A DNA stretch of 64,000 nt, taken from contig CAZYIS010000001.1 in assembly GCA_964647695.1 (NCBI GenBank), positions 48,275 to 112,274 on the forward strand, in the 5' to 3' direction. Below, one piece after another: positions 55,343 through 64,000 of this stretch (positions within the stretch are counted from its first letter, which is position 1; each line of letters starts with the position of its first letter). A program made the translations under genes and the position numbers. The stretch comes from Candidatus Woesearchaeota archaeon (GTDB lineage: Archaea; Nanobdellota; Nanobdellia; Pacearchaeales; GW2011-AR1). The notes under the pieces were generated by a model. That model had not been told where the DNA came from. It was given only the letters and a program-made list of their open reading frames with translations, and did no database searches.

Positions 55343-56616
55343 GGTAAATTTTTTCTATTTTTCTTTTCTGCTTCTCTAATTTGGGTCTTTATAGGATCTT
55401 TATCTGCCTTTACTTTTTTATAATTATAATAAACATATCCCAAGATTCCTATCAATATAATTGCCAAAAGGTAACCGATCCAAGCACTACTAGTTTTAGT
55501 AGTTGTTCCAGTTCCGCAAATACCTCTGCAGCACAATCCATCCTTACCCACTATTTCGGTGCCTTTACATGCCTGTCCATTAGCACATTTGTTTCCTATA
55601 AGTTCAGAACAGGTATACTGTAAATAGCCTTGCGAATTATTAGCTGAAACATGTATTGAATCGTCAATAACACTATAATTATCTACAAAATTTATTTTAA
55701 TTGGTAATTCTCTACTAATATTATTTTCTTTGGATGTAATATTTATAATTTCATCAAAACTCTTTCTATAACTCTCTTTAATGGTAATATCATATTGCAT
55801 CTGTTCATCTGAATTCAAACTAGTTTTGCCCGAAGGAGTTATGCTAAAAATATCAGTATTATAATCTAAATATATATTAACCATATTATTAATGCCTGTA
55901 TTTTGGATAGTCAAAGTATAATTAATATTAGTTGCGCTCTTTAGTTTTGTAGCATCTATAAATCCCGGACTAATGGACAGCGAATTATTTTTCTTTTCAG
56001 TTATTATTGGAAAACCATCTCTGACCACATACAATGGAATGGTATAGTTTCCTATTTTCATTGTTGTTAATTGGGTCCCAGTAAAATCCTTAATATTAAA
56101 TTCAATTTTATTATCTCCTGGAAGAATATTGTAATCCTTACTTTCAGGTTGGTTAATATTCAAAGTCATAGAGTCATTGGCCTGAGAAGTAATAACCATG
56201 GAAAAATTACCTTTAGCAAATATAAATCCTGGATTTATTGTGTAATCTGCCAGATTAGAATTTACCGTGAAATTCTGAATAAAATCAACACTCTGGGTCG
56301 TTCCAGTCACATAGGTGAAAACATCCTTTATTCCCATACTATAATTTCCTTCGCTAGCTCCCGAAGAAACAATAAACCAAATATAATAAGCATCCCCTAA
56401 TTTAGCCACATCATACAGAAAGGGCATTCTAACATTATCCCTCTTAAATTCAATCTGGTCCTTAGTAATTGGTTCTAGTATAGGCCCGGATAATTTAACC
56501 ACTGCAGTTTCACCTTTCATATAGCTACTTTTCATATCGCTACTTATTGCGCCTGCATTGGTCAAAAGTAAAACTAAAACTAAACTAAAAATTATAAAAA
56601 TCCCTCTTCTTACCAT
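55339..56616 (-). CDS. Membrane-anchored surface protein with a Cys-rich module
   Basis: Start moved to MVRRGIF at 56616 (signal peptide, TATA upstream); Cys module before the C-terminal TM. Confidence 0.75.
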   Translation of the reverse strand: MVRRGIFIIFSLVLVLLLTNAGAISSDMKSSYMKGETAVVKLSGPILEPITKDQIEFKRDNVRMPFLYDVAKLGDAYYIWFIVSSGASEGNYSMGIKDVFTYVTGTTQSVDFIQNFTVNSNLADYTINPGFIFAKGNFSMVITSQANDSMTLNINQPESKDYNILPGDNKIEFNIKDFTGTQLTTMKIGNYTIPLYVVRDGFPIITEKKNNSLSISPGFIDATKLKSATNINYTLTIQNTGINNMVNIYLDYNTDIFSITPSGKTSLNSDEQMQYDITIKESYRKSFDEIINITSKENNISRELPIKINFVDNYSVIDDSIHVSANNSQGYLQYTCSELIGNKCANGQACKGTEIVGKDGLCCRGICGTGTTTKTSSAWIGYLLAIILIGILGYVYYNYKKVKADKDPIKTQIREAEKKNRKNLP

Positions 56617-56666
56617 ATTCCTAAAAGAAAGATAAGTTATATAAATATAATGATTCTCTACTAAAT

Positions 56667-56942
56667 ATGGTACTAAACACAACATCCTATATTGCCCCCG
56701 AAACAAACATTCTTTCGTCAATTATTCAGGCACTTCCTGCCTCTGTAACTGATAAATTATCTTTCCTCATTGACATAAGTAAAATATTGATGATTGTGCT
56801 AATTATTTATTTCGTTATTTTAATAATTTCAAAAATATTTAAACTAAGAGATTCATTCAATCTTTCTAATATAGCCAAGAACGTCGAAGAGATTAATGAA
56901 AAGCTTTCTTCCAAGGAAAAGAAATCCAAAAAGAAAGTTTAA
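56667..56942 (+). CDS. Small single-TM protein
   Basis: Hydrophobic helix, short coiled coil and basic tail. Confidence 0.65.
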   Translation: MVLNTTSYIAPETNILSSIIQALPASVTDKLSFLIDISKILMIVLIIYFVILIISKIFKLRDSFNLSNIAKNVEEINEKLSSKEKKSKKKV

Positions 56943-56966
56943 ATATTCATTATTATTCTATTAATT

Positions 56967-57440
56967 ATGAAAATAGAGATTAATATTACCAAAACCAATA
57001 TGGTAATAATTCTATCAGCCATATTCTTCGTAGGTGGAATGATTTTTGCATTTGCCTATAATTCTTCTGGAACCGGTGGAAAGCCTGCAGTTATGGGTCA
57101 TTCGGTTGATGAAATTAACTGGGCGCAACCTATCAAAACGCTATTAAATATTGGAAGTACGGATGGATATAATTGGGATATTGGGGTGAACAATAATACC
57201 TATGGTAATTCTCTTGTTTTTCATAGTCAAAATCAATCCAATTATAGCAAATCAGTTTATTTTACTGCTAGCGGAGATATTTGCAGTAATGGCTTAGGCG
57301 GAGCATGTTTAAGTCAGACTGGTCCACCAATACTTTGTACTTTTAACGGCGAACTTTTAGTTAGTAAAGATCTTGGTTGTTTATATGTTAAATGTGATGG
57401 AACAAAAGTGAACGGTATTAGGTTCACTCCCCCATGTTAA
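56967..57440 (+). CDS. Membrane-anchored or secreted protein with a PAVMGHS.DE module and Cys-rich tip
   Basis: N-terminus paralogous to 38584..39354. Confidence 0.7.
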   Translation: MKIEINITKTNMVIILSAIFFVGGMIFAFAYNSSGTGGKPAVMGHSVDEINWAQPIKTLLNIGSTDGYNWDIGVNNNTYGNSLVFHSQNQSNYSKSVYFTASGDICSNGLGGACLSQTGPPILCTFNGELLVSKDLGCLYVKCDGTKVNGIRFTPPC

Positions 57441-57557
57441 TAGATTACTTATTTAATTTTCATTTACATTCATTAAAATTTTAATCTGTATTTTATCAAA
57501 TTAAATATAACTCTCATTTATAATTAATCTTAAATACCTCTTATTTGTGAACTTTTC

Positions 57558-57983
57558 ATGGCTGCATTACCTATTTTGAATACCCCTGGAAAAGAATTAG
57601 AATCAATAGTGGATTGGTTAACCACATTCAAGGAAGCAGGTTGTAGTTTAGTTTTGCCAGTAGCAGATTTTAATCCCGTATTAGTTAATAATATTTCGGG
57701 ACATTTTTTAATTGCTCCTTCAGGACCAAAATATGCAACTTTAGGTTTTGATCTTAATTCAAAAAAAATAATAACTCCTGATACCTTGATTCCAGATATT
57801 ATAATCAATTCAAATCACATTGGAATTTATTTATTAAACGATGCAAGACATAGAACCTATTTTATTTATCCAACAATCGAATCAAGAGATTCTAAGGATA
57901 GTCTAATTAATGGATGTAATGGTATGTATGGATTACCCGTTGATTGGTTATTACAAAAAGGTTTTGCAAAAAGAAATTCTTAA
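57558..57983 (+). CDS. Hypothetical protein
   Basis: 141-aa ORF with CTTAAATA promoter. Confidence 0.55.
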   Translation: MAALPILNTPGKELESIVDWLTTFKEAGCSLVLPVADFNPVLVNNISGHFLIAPSGPKYATLGFDLNSKKIITPDTLIPDIIINSNHIGIYLLNDARHRTYFIYPTIESRDSKDSLINGCNGMYGLPVDWLLQKGFAKRNS

Positions 57984-59909
57984 TTATTTACTCATTTCTC
58001 TCAATTTTCTAAGTGTTTCTTCCATTTCCTTGTCTCTTGCTGATCCAGTGGCAGGTCTTCTAACTGGAGCTACTGGTGTTGATGAATGGACTGGTCTTAT
58101 TGGAGGTGTTGGCGAAGGTCTAAATGCATTTTGCATTCTCTGCATAGGATTAAATCCTTGTCCTGCTCCAGGGCTACTTGGTTTAACAACCGGAGTTACT
58201 TTAGCGTTACCTCTAAACTTAAACCACCATATTTGTAATTCATGTCTATATATAATTGCCAATGCAACCAGGATACACAATAACAATAGAATAATTATCC
58301 AGAACCAATTTACTCCTCCAGTTGAAGCAACAGCAGGCATGCAACAAACACTTCCAGAATCACAGGTTGAAGTTGAATCTTCATTTTCTCCAGTATCACA
58401 ACTATTTCTACAAATTCCATTATTTAATGTGCAGGTATTTCCAGTACTAGCTGCAACACATGAGCCTATACAGCAACTTCCATCGCTTGAAGCTACATTA
58501 TTACCACTACATACTTGATTAGAACTACATACTGCTCCTTGTTTAGCAGAACAGCTTAATAATGGGACCTTAACTGAACAGCAAACATTTAGTCCAGATA
58601 CACATTGGAAATTATTCAAAACCGATCCACCGGCATTTATACAATCACCCATATTTTCACAAGACTGGGTTGAAACTCCAGTACAGATAGGTAAATCTCC
58701 TGATCCTCCAGAAGTTGCTCCTCCTCTAGTCCATCCACCATAAAGTAAAAATGCCATATTTCTTATGTTTCCATTATCCCAGCAACCATCTTTTCCTTGT
58801 ATACTCAACAAATAGGTTTTAGCATTTTCAACTTCGGGAGATGAACTTGTTCCCAGAGTCAACATGGCTAAAGCAGTATCATAAAATTGACCATAGGGAC
58901 TTGAGATTACTTGCCAAAGTCTATTATTCTTTTGACTCTGTATAATTTCAGCATATTGATTATCGGCTGCAGTTAAATAATATAAGAATGATTCTGGGAA
59001 ATATTTTTTATTGTTATCTGCAAGAGCAATCAAATAAGGCAAATAGGAATCTACATTTTTACCTTCCTTACTTAATGCAACCGTTGCCCACAAACTTCCT
59101 TCATAATCGCAGGTATTTCCATTCTTGAAACAATTAACGCTAACTTTAGCAGTGGTTGAACCTAGAGCTGAAGCACTACTTGATTTTGGTAAAACATAAA
59201 CTGTTTGATCATTCTTTTTTTGATAGGCAGTGGCAGTCAAAAAGTCCTTATCACAAGAGATTTGTATATCCTTATCATAGCAACTTTCTCTGAACAATAA
59301 CCAATAACCATTGGCTGCTATGCTAAAACAATTTCCAGGAGTTCCAGAAATTGTCATATCGCTATTAACGCTGACTTTCTTTTGTACTCCATCGTAGCTA
59401 AGAGTACATTGGGATGGATCCTTATTGGCAATATCAATTTCCAAATACCAATTCAAATCGCTTGAAGTTGCATTTTTAGTCAATAACCAATTTACGATAC
59501 CTGATCTTTCTCTTCCCGATCTTTGATAAGCCAATAATACCTGAGCAGTTTCCTTAAGATTGCAACCTTTGGCATTGGACCAGCAATTTTGGATTGCATT
59601 TTTTTCAGAGTCAATTTTATCCTGGGCAACTTTTCTATAGCCCAAAGCCAGAGTAGTATATATGGATTCTTCCAGTGAAATTGAAGAACTAGTCTTATTT
59701 TTAATTTGATTATCCAAACAGGTATAGGCATTATTTATTGCCGTATTATCGCTAGAGGTTGTAGAAGTCAAAGAGCCCACATCGGAATTTAACCCCGTAA
59801 TGGAAGTATTAACTAATGTATTATTAGTAGAATTAGCGGCCATTGCCAACGACAAAGACAGCATAACAAATGTAAATATGAATATCAACAATTTACCTTC
59901 TTTTTTCAT
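57984..59909 (-). CDS. Secreted alpha/alpha-barrel (prenyltransferase/squalene-cyclase-repeat-like) protein with Cys-rich repeats, TM and Pro-rich tail
   Basis: ETAQVLLA, YDTALAMLTL, YLLSIQGKDGCW, three CC-containing modules, TM and a PTPPIRP tail. Confidence 0.7.
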   Translation of the reverse strand: MKKEGKLLIFIFTFVMLSLSLAMAANSTNNTLVNTSITGLNSDVGSLTSTTSSDNTAINNAYTCLDNQIKNKTSSSISLEESIYTTLALGYRKVAQDKIDSEKNAIQNCWSNAKGCNLKETAQVLLAYQRSGRERSGIVNWLLTKNATSSDLNWYLEIDIANKDPSQCTLSYDGVQKKVSVNSDMTISGTPGNCFSIAANGYWLLFRESCYDKDIQISCDKDFLTATAYQKKNDQTVYVLPKSSSASALGSTTAKVSVNCFKNGNTCDYEGSLWATVALSKEGKNVDSYLPYLIALADNNKKYFPESFLYYLTAADNQYAEIIQSQKNNRLWQVISSPYGQFYDTALAMLTLGTSSSPEVENAKTYLLSIQGKDGCWDNGNIRNMAFLLYGGWTRGGATSGGSGDLPICTGVSTQSCENMGDCINAGGSVLNNFQCVSGLNVCCSVKVPLLSCSAKQGAVCSSNQVCSGNNVASSDGSCCIGSCVAASTGNTCTLNNGICRNSCDTGENEDSTSTCDSGSVCCMPAVASTGGVNWFWIIILLLLCILVALAIIYRHELQIWWFKFRGNAKVTPVVKPSSPGAGQGFNPMQRMQNAFRPSPTPPIRPVHSSTPVAPVRRPATGSARDKEMEETLRKLREMSK

Positions 59910-59984
59910 AACTAATCCATGTAATTATTATTTAAAAATGTTCTTAGTCGTTATTTTAAGCTATTTACTCGAGTTTTATTCCTA

Positions 59985-61553
59985 CTATTTGCTCTTTCTC
60001 ATATTTCTCATAACTTCTACTATGGGATTTTTCACATCCATTTTTTTATCTATCAATCCCAAATCTTTGTAAAATGCTTCGTTTTCGTAATTAGGCGGTA
60101 GAATCTTTTTCTTCTGCTTCATGTGCCAACTTATCTGACTCTTAATGTACCCTTCTTTCAAAGGATTTTCATTTAATTTATTCCAATCCCTTACCCTTAA
60201 ATTAATTTCATCAAAACCCATATTTATTGCTCTAAAGAAAGTAATCAAAATAAACAGACCACGTTTTTTACCGTCGTTAACTCCCTTGAGTAATTTTTTA
60301 ATTGAAGCAGGATACATGGAATCATTAATATCTTTGTATTCAATTTCATCATATTTTCTATCTCCCTTTTGTCCAGCAGTATTTTTAGAAAACTTTTCTC
60401 TCAACAATCTTTCTTCTTCCGTTTCCTTAGAGGCCTTCCATTTCATTGCATCCGAAAGTAATTTTTCTGCTTCACCTTCATTATTTTCCGGCATATAATT
60501 CATAAATCTAATTTTCATCGGATCTGCATCCTTTGGAGAAAATTCTTGCAGCTCTTCTTTTTTTATAACCACGCTACAAAGTGAAGTCTTTTCATGCAGC
60601 GAGTAGGGCATTCTAAACAGATGTCTTGGAGCTACTAAAATTAAATCCAATTCGGCATGTTCATCAGCCAATTCTCCTCTAATTTCTTCAAACATTTCTG
60701 GATGTTTATTGGAACTCAAAGGTAGTTTTTCATTATCCACATCCTTACAATTTTCACAATAAAAATATTCTATGGATTCCAACACTTCCAGCACTCCAGC
60801 ACAATCATTACTTAAACATCTTAATCTTCTATTAACGCTCTTCATATCTCTTCTTTCCATATGCATATTACAAACTGGGCACATTAATTTTGTAAGTGCT
60901 CCTTTCAATGCAATGTTATTACATCTCTTACAAACAACTCTAATGGTTTTTTCTTTTTCATCTTTTTCCAGATGGCTAAAGCTCATCAACTGTCCAACTC
61001 TTTTTCTAAATTCCGGTTTTATCTCCTTGAAAGTAAATTCGGTAATTGCTCTAGGCCATTCAGGAAATGAATTTTTCATCAGTTGACCATTATAGGATTC
61101 AGGAAATGCTTTTCCCGATACAATAATATGAAATCCCTTTGATCCAGAATATTTTAACCCGTATTTTATACCATATCTTTCTAAAAGTTCGATTACTAAT
61201 TTAGCTGCTTCCTTAGAAACATCAAAATAGGGGCTATCAATATCTATCAGTAGATCCCAACTTTTTCTAAGTTTATCCATTTCTTCTTTGGTTATTTCTG
61301 AACTTAGTTGTAGGGGATCATTCCATATTTCTTCAGAACAGTGAAATGAAGTTGCACCCTTATTCACCAGTCCAATTATATCGCTGGGATATTGAATCAT
61401 ATCCGGTCTTCTTCCAAAACCCTCAAAATATCGAGGTGAAATTTCTCTAAACGCTGCAAAATCCAACATCGCACTCTGTACTTTTGGATTAGAATAATAT
61501 AATCTAGTAATCGCCCTTATTCTTTTTTCTTTATCACTCTGTTCTTCTGCCAT
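59985..61553 (-). CDS. priS: Fused DNA primase PriS-PriL (DPANN type)
   Basis: SFHCSEEIW, WDLLIDID, KYSGSKGFHI and RHLFRMPYSLHEKT, followed by a PriL-C/PriX-like domain (DGKKRGLFILITF, WNKLN..PL, LPPN). Confidence 0.9.
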   Translation of the reverse strand: MAEEQSDKEKRIRAITRLYYSNPKVQSAMLDFAAFREISPRYFEGFGRRPDMIQYPSDIIGLVNKGATSFHCSEEIWNDPLQLSSEITKEEMDKLRKSWDLLIDIDSPYFDVSKEAAKLVIELLERYGIKYGLKYSGSKGFHIIVSGKAFPESYNGQLMKNSFPEWPRAITEFTFKEIKPEFRKRVGQLMSFSHLEKDEKEKTIRVVCKRCNNIALKGALTKLMCPVCNMHMERRDMKSVNRRLRCLSNDCAGVLEVLESIEYFYCENCKDVDNEKLPLSSNKHPEMFEEIRGELADEHAELDLILVAPRHLFRMPYSLHEKTSLCSVVIKKEELQEFSPKDADPMKIRFMNYMPENNEGEAEKLLSDAMKWKASKETEEERLLREKFSKNTAGQKGDRKYDEIEYKDINDSMYPASIKKLLKGVNDGKKRGLFILITFFRAINMGFDEINLRVRDWNKLNENPLKEGYIKSQISWHMKQKKKILPPNYENEAFYKDLGLIDKKMDVKNPIVEVMRNMRKSK

Positions 61554-61659
61554 GAAAATTGAAGCGATATTCCTTTTATATTGTTTATGCTGCTGAACTT
61601 TAGATTATTATCCAGTTAACTACCATAATCCTTAAAAGCTCCAAATGTGCACTAAAAAT

Positions 61660-62388
61660 ATGCTATTAAAACTAGATAGTCCAAAAATACTTTCAGATAT
61701 AGTCTCTATTATTTCTGAATTGGTCAACGAGGTGCGTTTGAAAGTAACTAAAGAAGGTCTTACTCTTACAGCCATAGATCCAGCTAATATAGCCATGGTT
61801 TATTTCAAAGTTCCAACCGAATTATTCTCCCAATATGAAATAGAAAAAGATGAAATTCTTGGAATCAATCTAGAAAATTTCAAATCCGTTCTTAAAAGAT
61901 GCAGTCTTGGCAGTTCTCTAACTCTTCAAAAAGATGATAATATGCTTAAGCTAGGTATCCAGGATAAAATCAAGAGAGATTTCACTCTAGCACTTATAGA
62001 TATCGAATCCGAAGAAAAAGAAATGCCTAAATGGGAATTCAAATCCGTTATCAAGATGGATTCATCCGCATTTACCGAAGTTGTCGAAGATTGTTTGGTA
62101 GTTTCCGATGCTTGCACTTTTGTAGCCTCTCCAAGTAATTTCATAATCGAAGCCCATGGATTAAACTCTGCAAAAGTAGAATTCAACACCGATGAAGTTG
62201 AAATCTATTCCGATACTAGCACAGCAAGATTCTCTCTAGAATATCTAAACAAATTCATTAAGGGTTCAAAGATTTCGAGCAGAGTTACCATTTCATTCAG
62301 TGATAATCATCCAATGAGAATTGATTTCCCAACCGGAAATGTAATGCTTTCTTTTGTTCTAGCCCCAAGAGTCGAACACGACGATTAA
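61660..62388 (+). CDS. pcn: PCNA sliding clamp
   Basis: AIDPANIAMV, FSLEYLNKF and FVLAPRVE; ATG 61660 is the likely start. Confidence 0.96.
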   Translation: MLLKLDSPKILSDIVSIISELVNEVRLKVTKEGLTLTAIDPANIAMVYFKVPTELFSQYEIEKDEILGINLENFKSVLKRCSLGSSLTLQKDDNMLKLGIQDKIKRDFTLALIDIESEEKEMPKWEFKSVIKMDSSAFTEVVEDCLVVSDACTFVASPSNFIIEAHGLNSAKVEFNTDEVEIYSDTSTARFSLEYLNKFIKGSKISSRVTISFSDNHPMRIDFPTGNVMLSFVLAPRVEHDD

Positions 62389-62458
62389 TCAAAAGCCTTT
62401 TAAGTATTAACTTCCTAGTATAATTATCCTTTTTTGTATTTGAAAGGAGGTAAAAAAT

Positions 62459-62626
62459 ATGGCAAAATTAACAGCTTGGCTTGTTACACTTATTGGAATA
62501 TTGCTTGTATTACCTTTGATTAGAGTACCTTTTGATCAAACAGTTACTAACTGGGTAATCGCTCTAGCAGTATTAATTATCGGTATCGCAAAGTTACAAA
62601 GAAATTATTCTGGAAAAAGAAGATAA
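62459..62626 (+). CDS. Small two-TM protein (55 aa, not in track)
   Basis: Strong SD GGAGGT; MAKLTAWLVTLIGILLVLPLIRVPFDQTVTNWVIALAVLIIGIAKLQRNYSGKRR. Confidence 0.75.
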   Translation: MAKLTAWLVTLIGILLVLPLIRVPFDQTVTNWVIALAVLIIGIAKLQRNYSGKRR

Positions 62627-62654
62627 TTTCTAAATAACAAAACTTTTTATTTTT

Positions 62655-63215
62655 TTATTTTAAACTTTTTATAACCATTTCAATTCTTTTTTGTTTTGTC
62701 TCTGGTCTTTTAGCTCGGAGCATTTGTCGAATATACATTCGCCTATAGGAATTTGAAAGTTTCTCAAATTTTTCAATAAGTTTTTCTTTCTCAAGAGCAT
62801 TTTTCAAATCTCCCGGAATAACATTATCGTCAACACCATTAAAATCATCCAACAAAGGTTTCTTTAGTCCTTCTTTAAATCTAATTAATCCAGCCGAAGT
62901 CATAAGCTTTCTTTTTATCAAATCTCTTCCACATTTTATAGTATTTTTACTCCATCTACTTTTATCCGTTCTTCGAGAAAAATGTCTAATCCAGGTGTCC
63001 TCATCAATTCTTTTTGCAGTCGTATCTATCCACCCAAAACATATGGCTTCTTCCATTGCTTCTCGATGGTTCAAAGAGGGTTTTCCCGTATGCTTTTTAT
63101 GGCTGATCATGGCTACCTTGTGCTCTCGGTCATGATTTTTAGCCAACCAATCCCTCCATTCATGTCTATGAAAAATAGTCACTTTTTTTGGCTCTTCTTT
63201 TATTTTTTTAACCAT
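62655..63215 (-). CDS. YdeI/OmpD-associated family protein
   Basis: WRDWLAKNH, AMEEAICFGWID, FSRR...SRWSK.N, MTSAG and AKRPETKQKRI. Confidence 0.9.
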   Translation of the reverse strand: MVKKIKEEPKKVTIFHRHEWRDWLAKNHDREHKVAMISHKKHTGKPSLNHREAMEEAICFGWIDTTAKRIDEDTWIRHFSRRTDKSRWSKNTIKCGRDLIKRKLMTSAGLIRFKEGLKKPLLDDFNGVDDNVIPGDLKNALEKEKLIEKFEKLSNSYRRMYIRQMLRAKRPETKQKRIEMVIKSLK

Positions 63216-63284
63216 TTTTGTTACCCTAATTTTGAATAAATGTAACTAGTAATCTTTATATACCCTCATTTTCTATAAAATTTA

Positions 63285-63503
63285 GAGAATTTAATTGAAT
63301 GTAGATAGCTAATGAGGTTCAAGATGCTGATAACATCTGAACATCGACATATACGAGAGTTCACAAACAAGAAAGATTTTAGTTGAAATCTGACTAGAAA
63401 GAAGTCGTGTTCTGCAAAGAGCCGGTCAATTCGAATAACATAGACAAACAACAAAATAAATTGTAGTTGTAAATAACTGCAAAACAAACAACAATAACAA
63501 AAA
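63285..63503 (+). promoter_or_regulatory. Long structured 5' leader or ncRNA upstream of rpl3
   Basis: TATA TTTATATA at about 63255; several hairpins, one with a GCAA tetraloop, and ACAA-rich linkers; no credible ORF. Confidence 0.45.
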
Positions 63504-64000
63504 ATGGCACCACACAGTCCACACCACGGAAGCCTTCAATTTTGGCCTCGTAAGAGAGCCGAGAAGCTAATACCTAGTGTAAACTGGAGTATCGTTCCAT
63601 CCAATTCTAAAACCCAAGGAGTTCTTGGATTTTTAACCTATAAAGTAGGAATGGCCACTGCCGTTGTTAAAGATAATACTGAACATTCCATGACCAAAGG
63701 AAAGAAAATGGTTGTTCCAGTTACTATTCTTGAAGCTCCAAATATGAAGATATTTTCCGTTAGATTCTATAAGTTCGGAAAGGTTATGAAAGAAGTAGTC
63801 GTTTCCAATGATAAGGATCTAAAGAGAGTTGTTAGAGTTCCAAAAGAAGTTAAAGCATTTGATGCCCAAATTCCTTCTGGTTACGAAGACATCAGAGTTA
63901 TTGTCTATTCATTGGCAAGCCAAACTTCCGTTAAAACCGTTCCAGATTTAATTGAACTTGCAGTTAATGCTCCTGATAAACTTTCTTTTGTTAAGTCATT
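63504..64000 (+). CDS. rpl3: 50S ribosomal protein L3 (runs off the right edge)
   Basis: MAPHSPHHGSLQFWPRKRA...LGFLTYKVGMAT...VPVTILEAP. Confidence 0.95.
   Translation, partial: MAPHSPHHGSLQFWPRKRAEKLIPSVNWSIVPSNSKTQGVLGFLTYKVGMATAVVKDNTEHSMTKGKKMVVPVTILEAPNMKIFSVRFYKFGKVMKEVVVSNDKDLKRVVRVPKEVKAFDAQIPSGYEDIRVIVYSLASQTSVKTVPDLIELAVNAPDKLSFVKS

Noticed and set aside
57910..58518. 202-aa plus-strand ORF
   Set aside because: It is antisense to the Cys/Pro-rich end of the 57984..59909 gene.
63285..63503. RNase P RNA, C/D box sRNA or hammerhead ribozyme
   Set aside because: No GAGGAAAGUCC-type conserved region, no proper RUGAUGA box and no CUGANGA/GAAA core in the right stem context; kept only as an unknown structured leader.

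Overview
AT-rich archaeal chromosome segment. The fused PriS-PriL primase, PolD, aCPSF1 and many leaderless TATA-driven genes point to a DPANN (Pacearchaeota/Woesearchaeota-like) genome; this taxonomy is an inference. The left end carries polC-polB-cdc6 beside a clear oriC (inverted ORB elements around an AT-rich DUE), then MPE-Lhr. At 11.2-13.7 kb are three wHTH genes, two of them paralogous coiled-coil/wHTH proteins whose genes and flanks hold a clustered palindrome AAACA(G/C)CTGTTT and other repeats. The 14.6-22 kb accessory island holds small orphan genes whose boundaries repeatedly carry an 11-bp Xer/dif-like arm (RGTTCGNNTAA), plus an AbrB/HNH pair and one of two paralogous hairpin sRNA candidates (the other is at 13.7 kb). 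The rest is mostly housekeeping and surface genes: slyD, tRNA-Thr, argS, an atypical SRP RNA, mre11-rad50, psmB, aCPSF1, a presenilin-like protease, TrmB, cca, oapABC, a type IV pilus locus with an inserted ArmA/Rmt-like methyltransferase, trxB, Cys-rich surface proteins, primase, PCNA, and rpl3 behind a structured leader. All calls come from reading motifs by eye; no database searches or folding were run.
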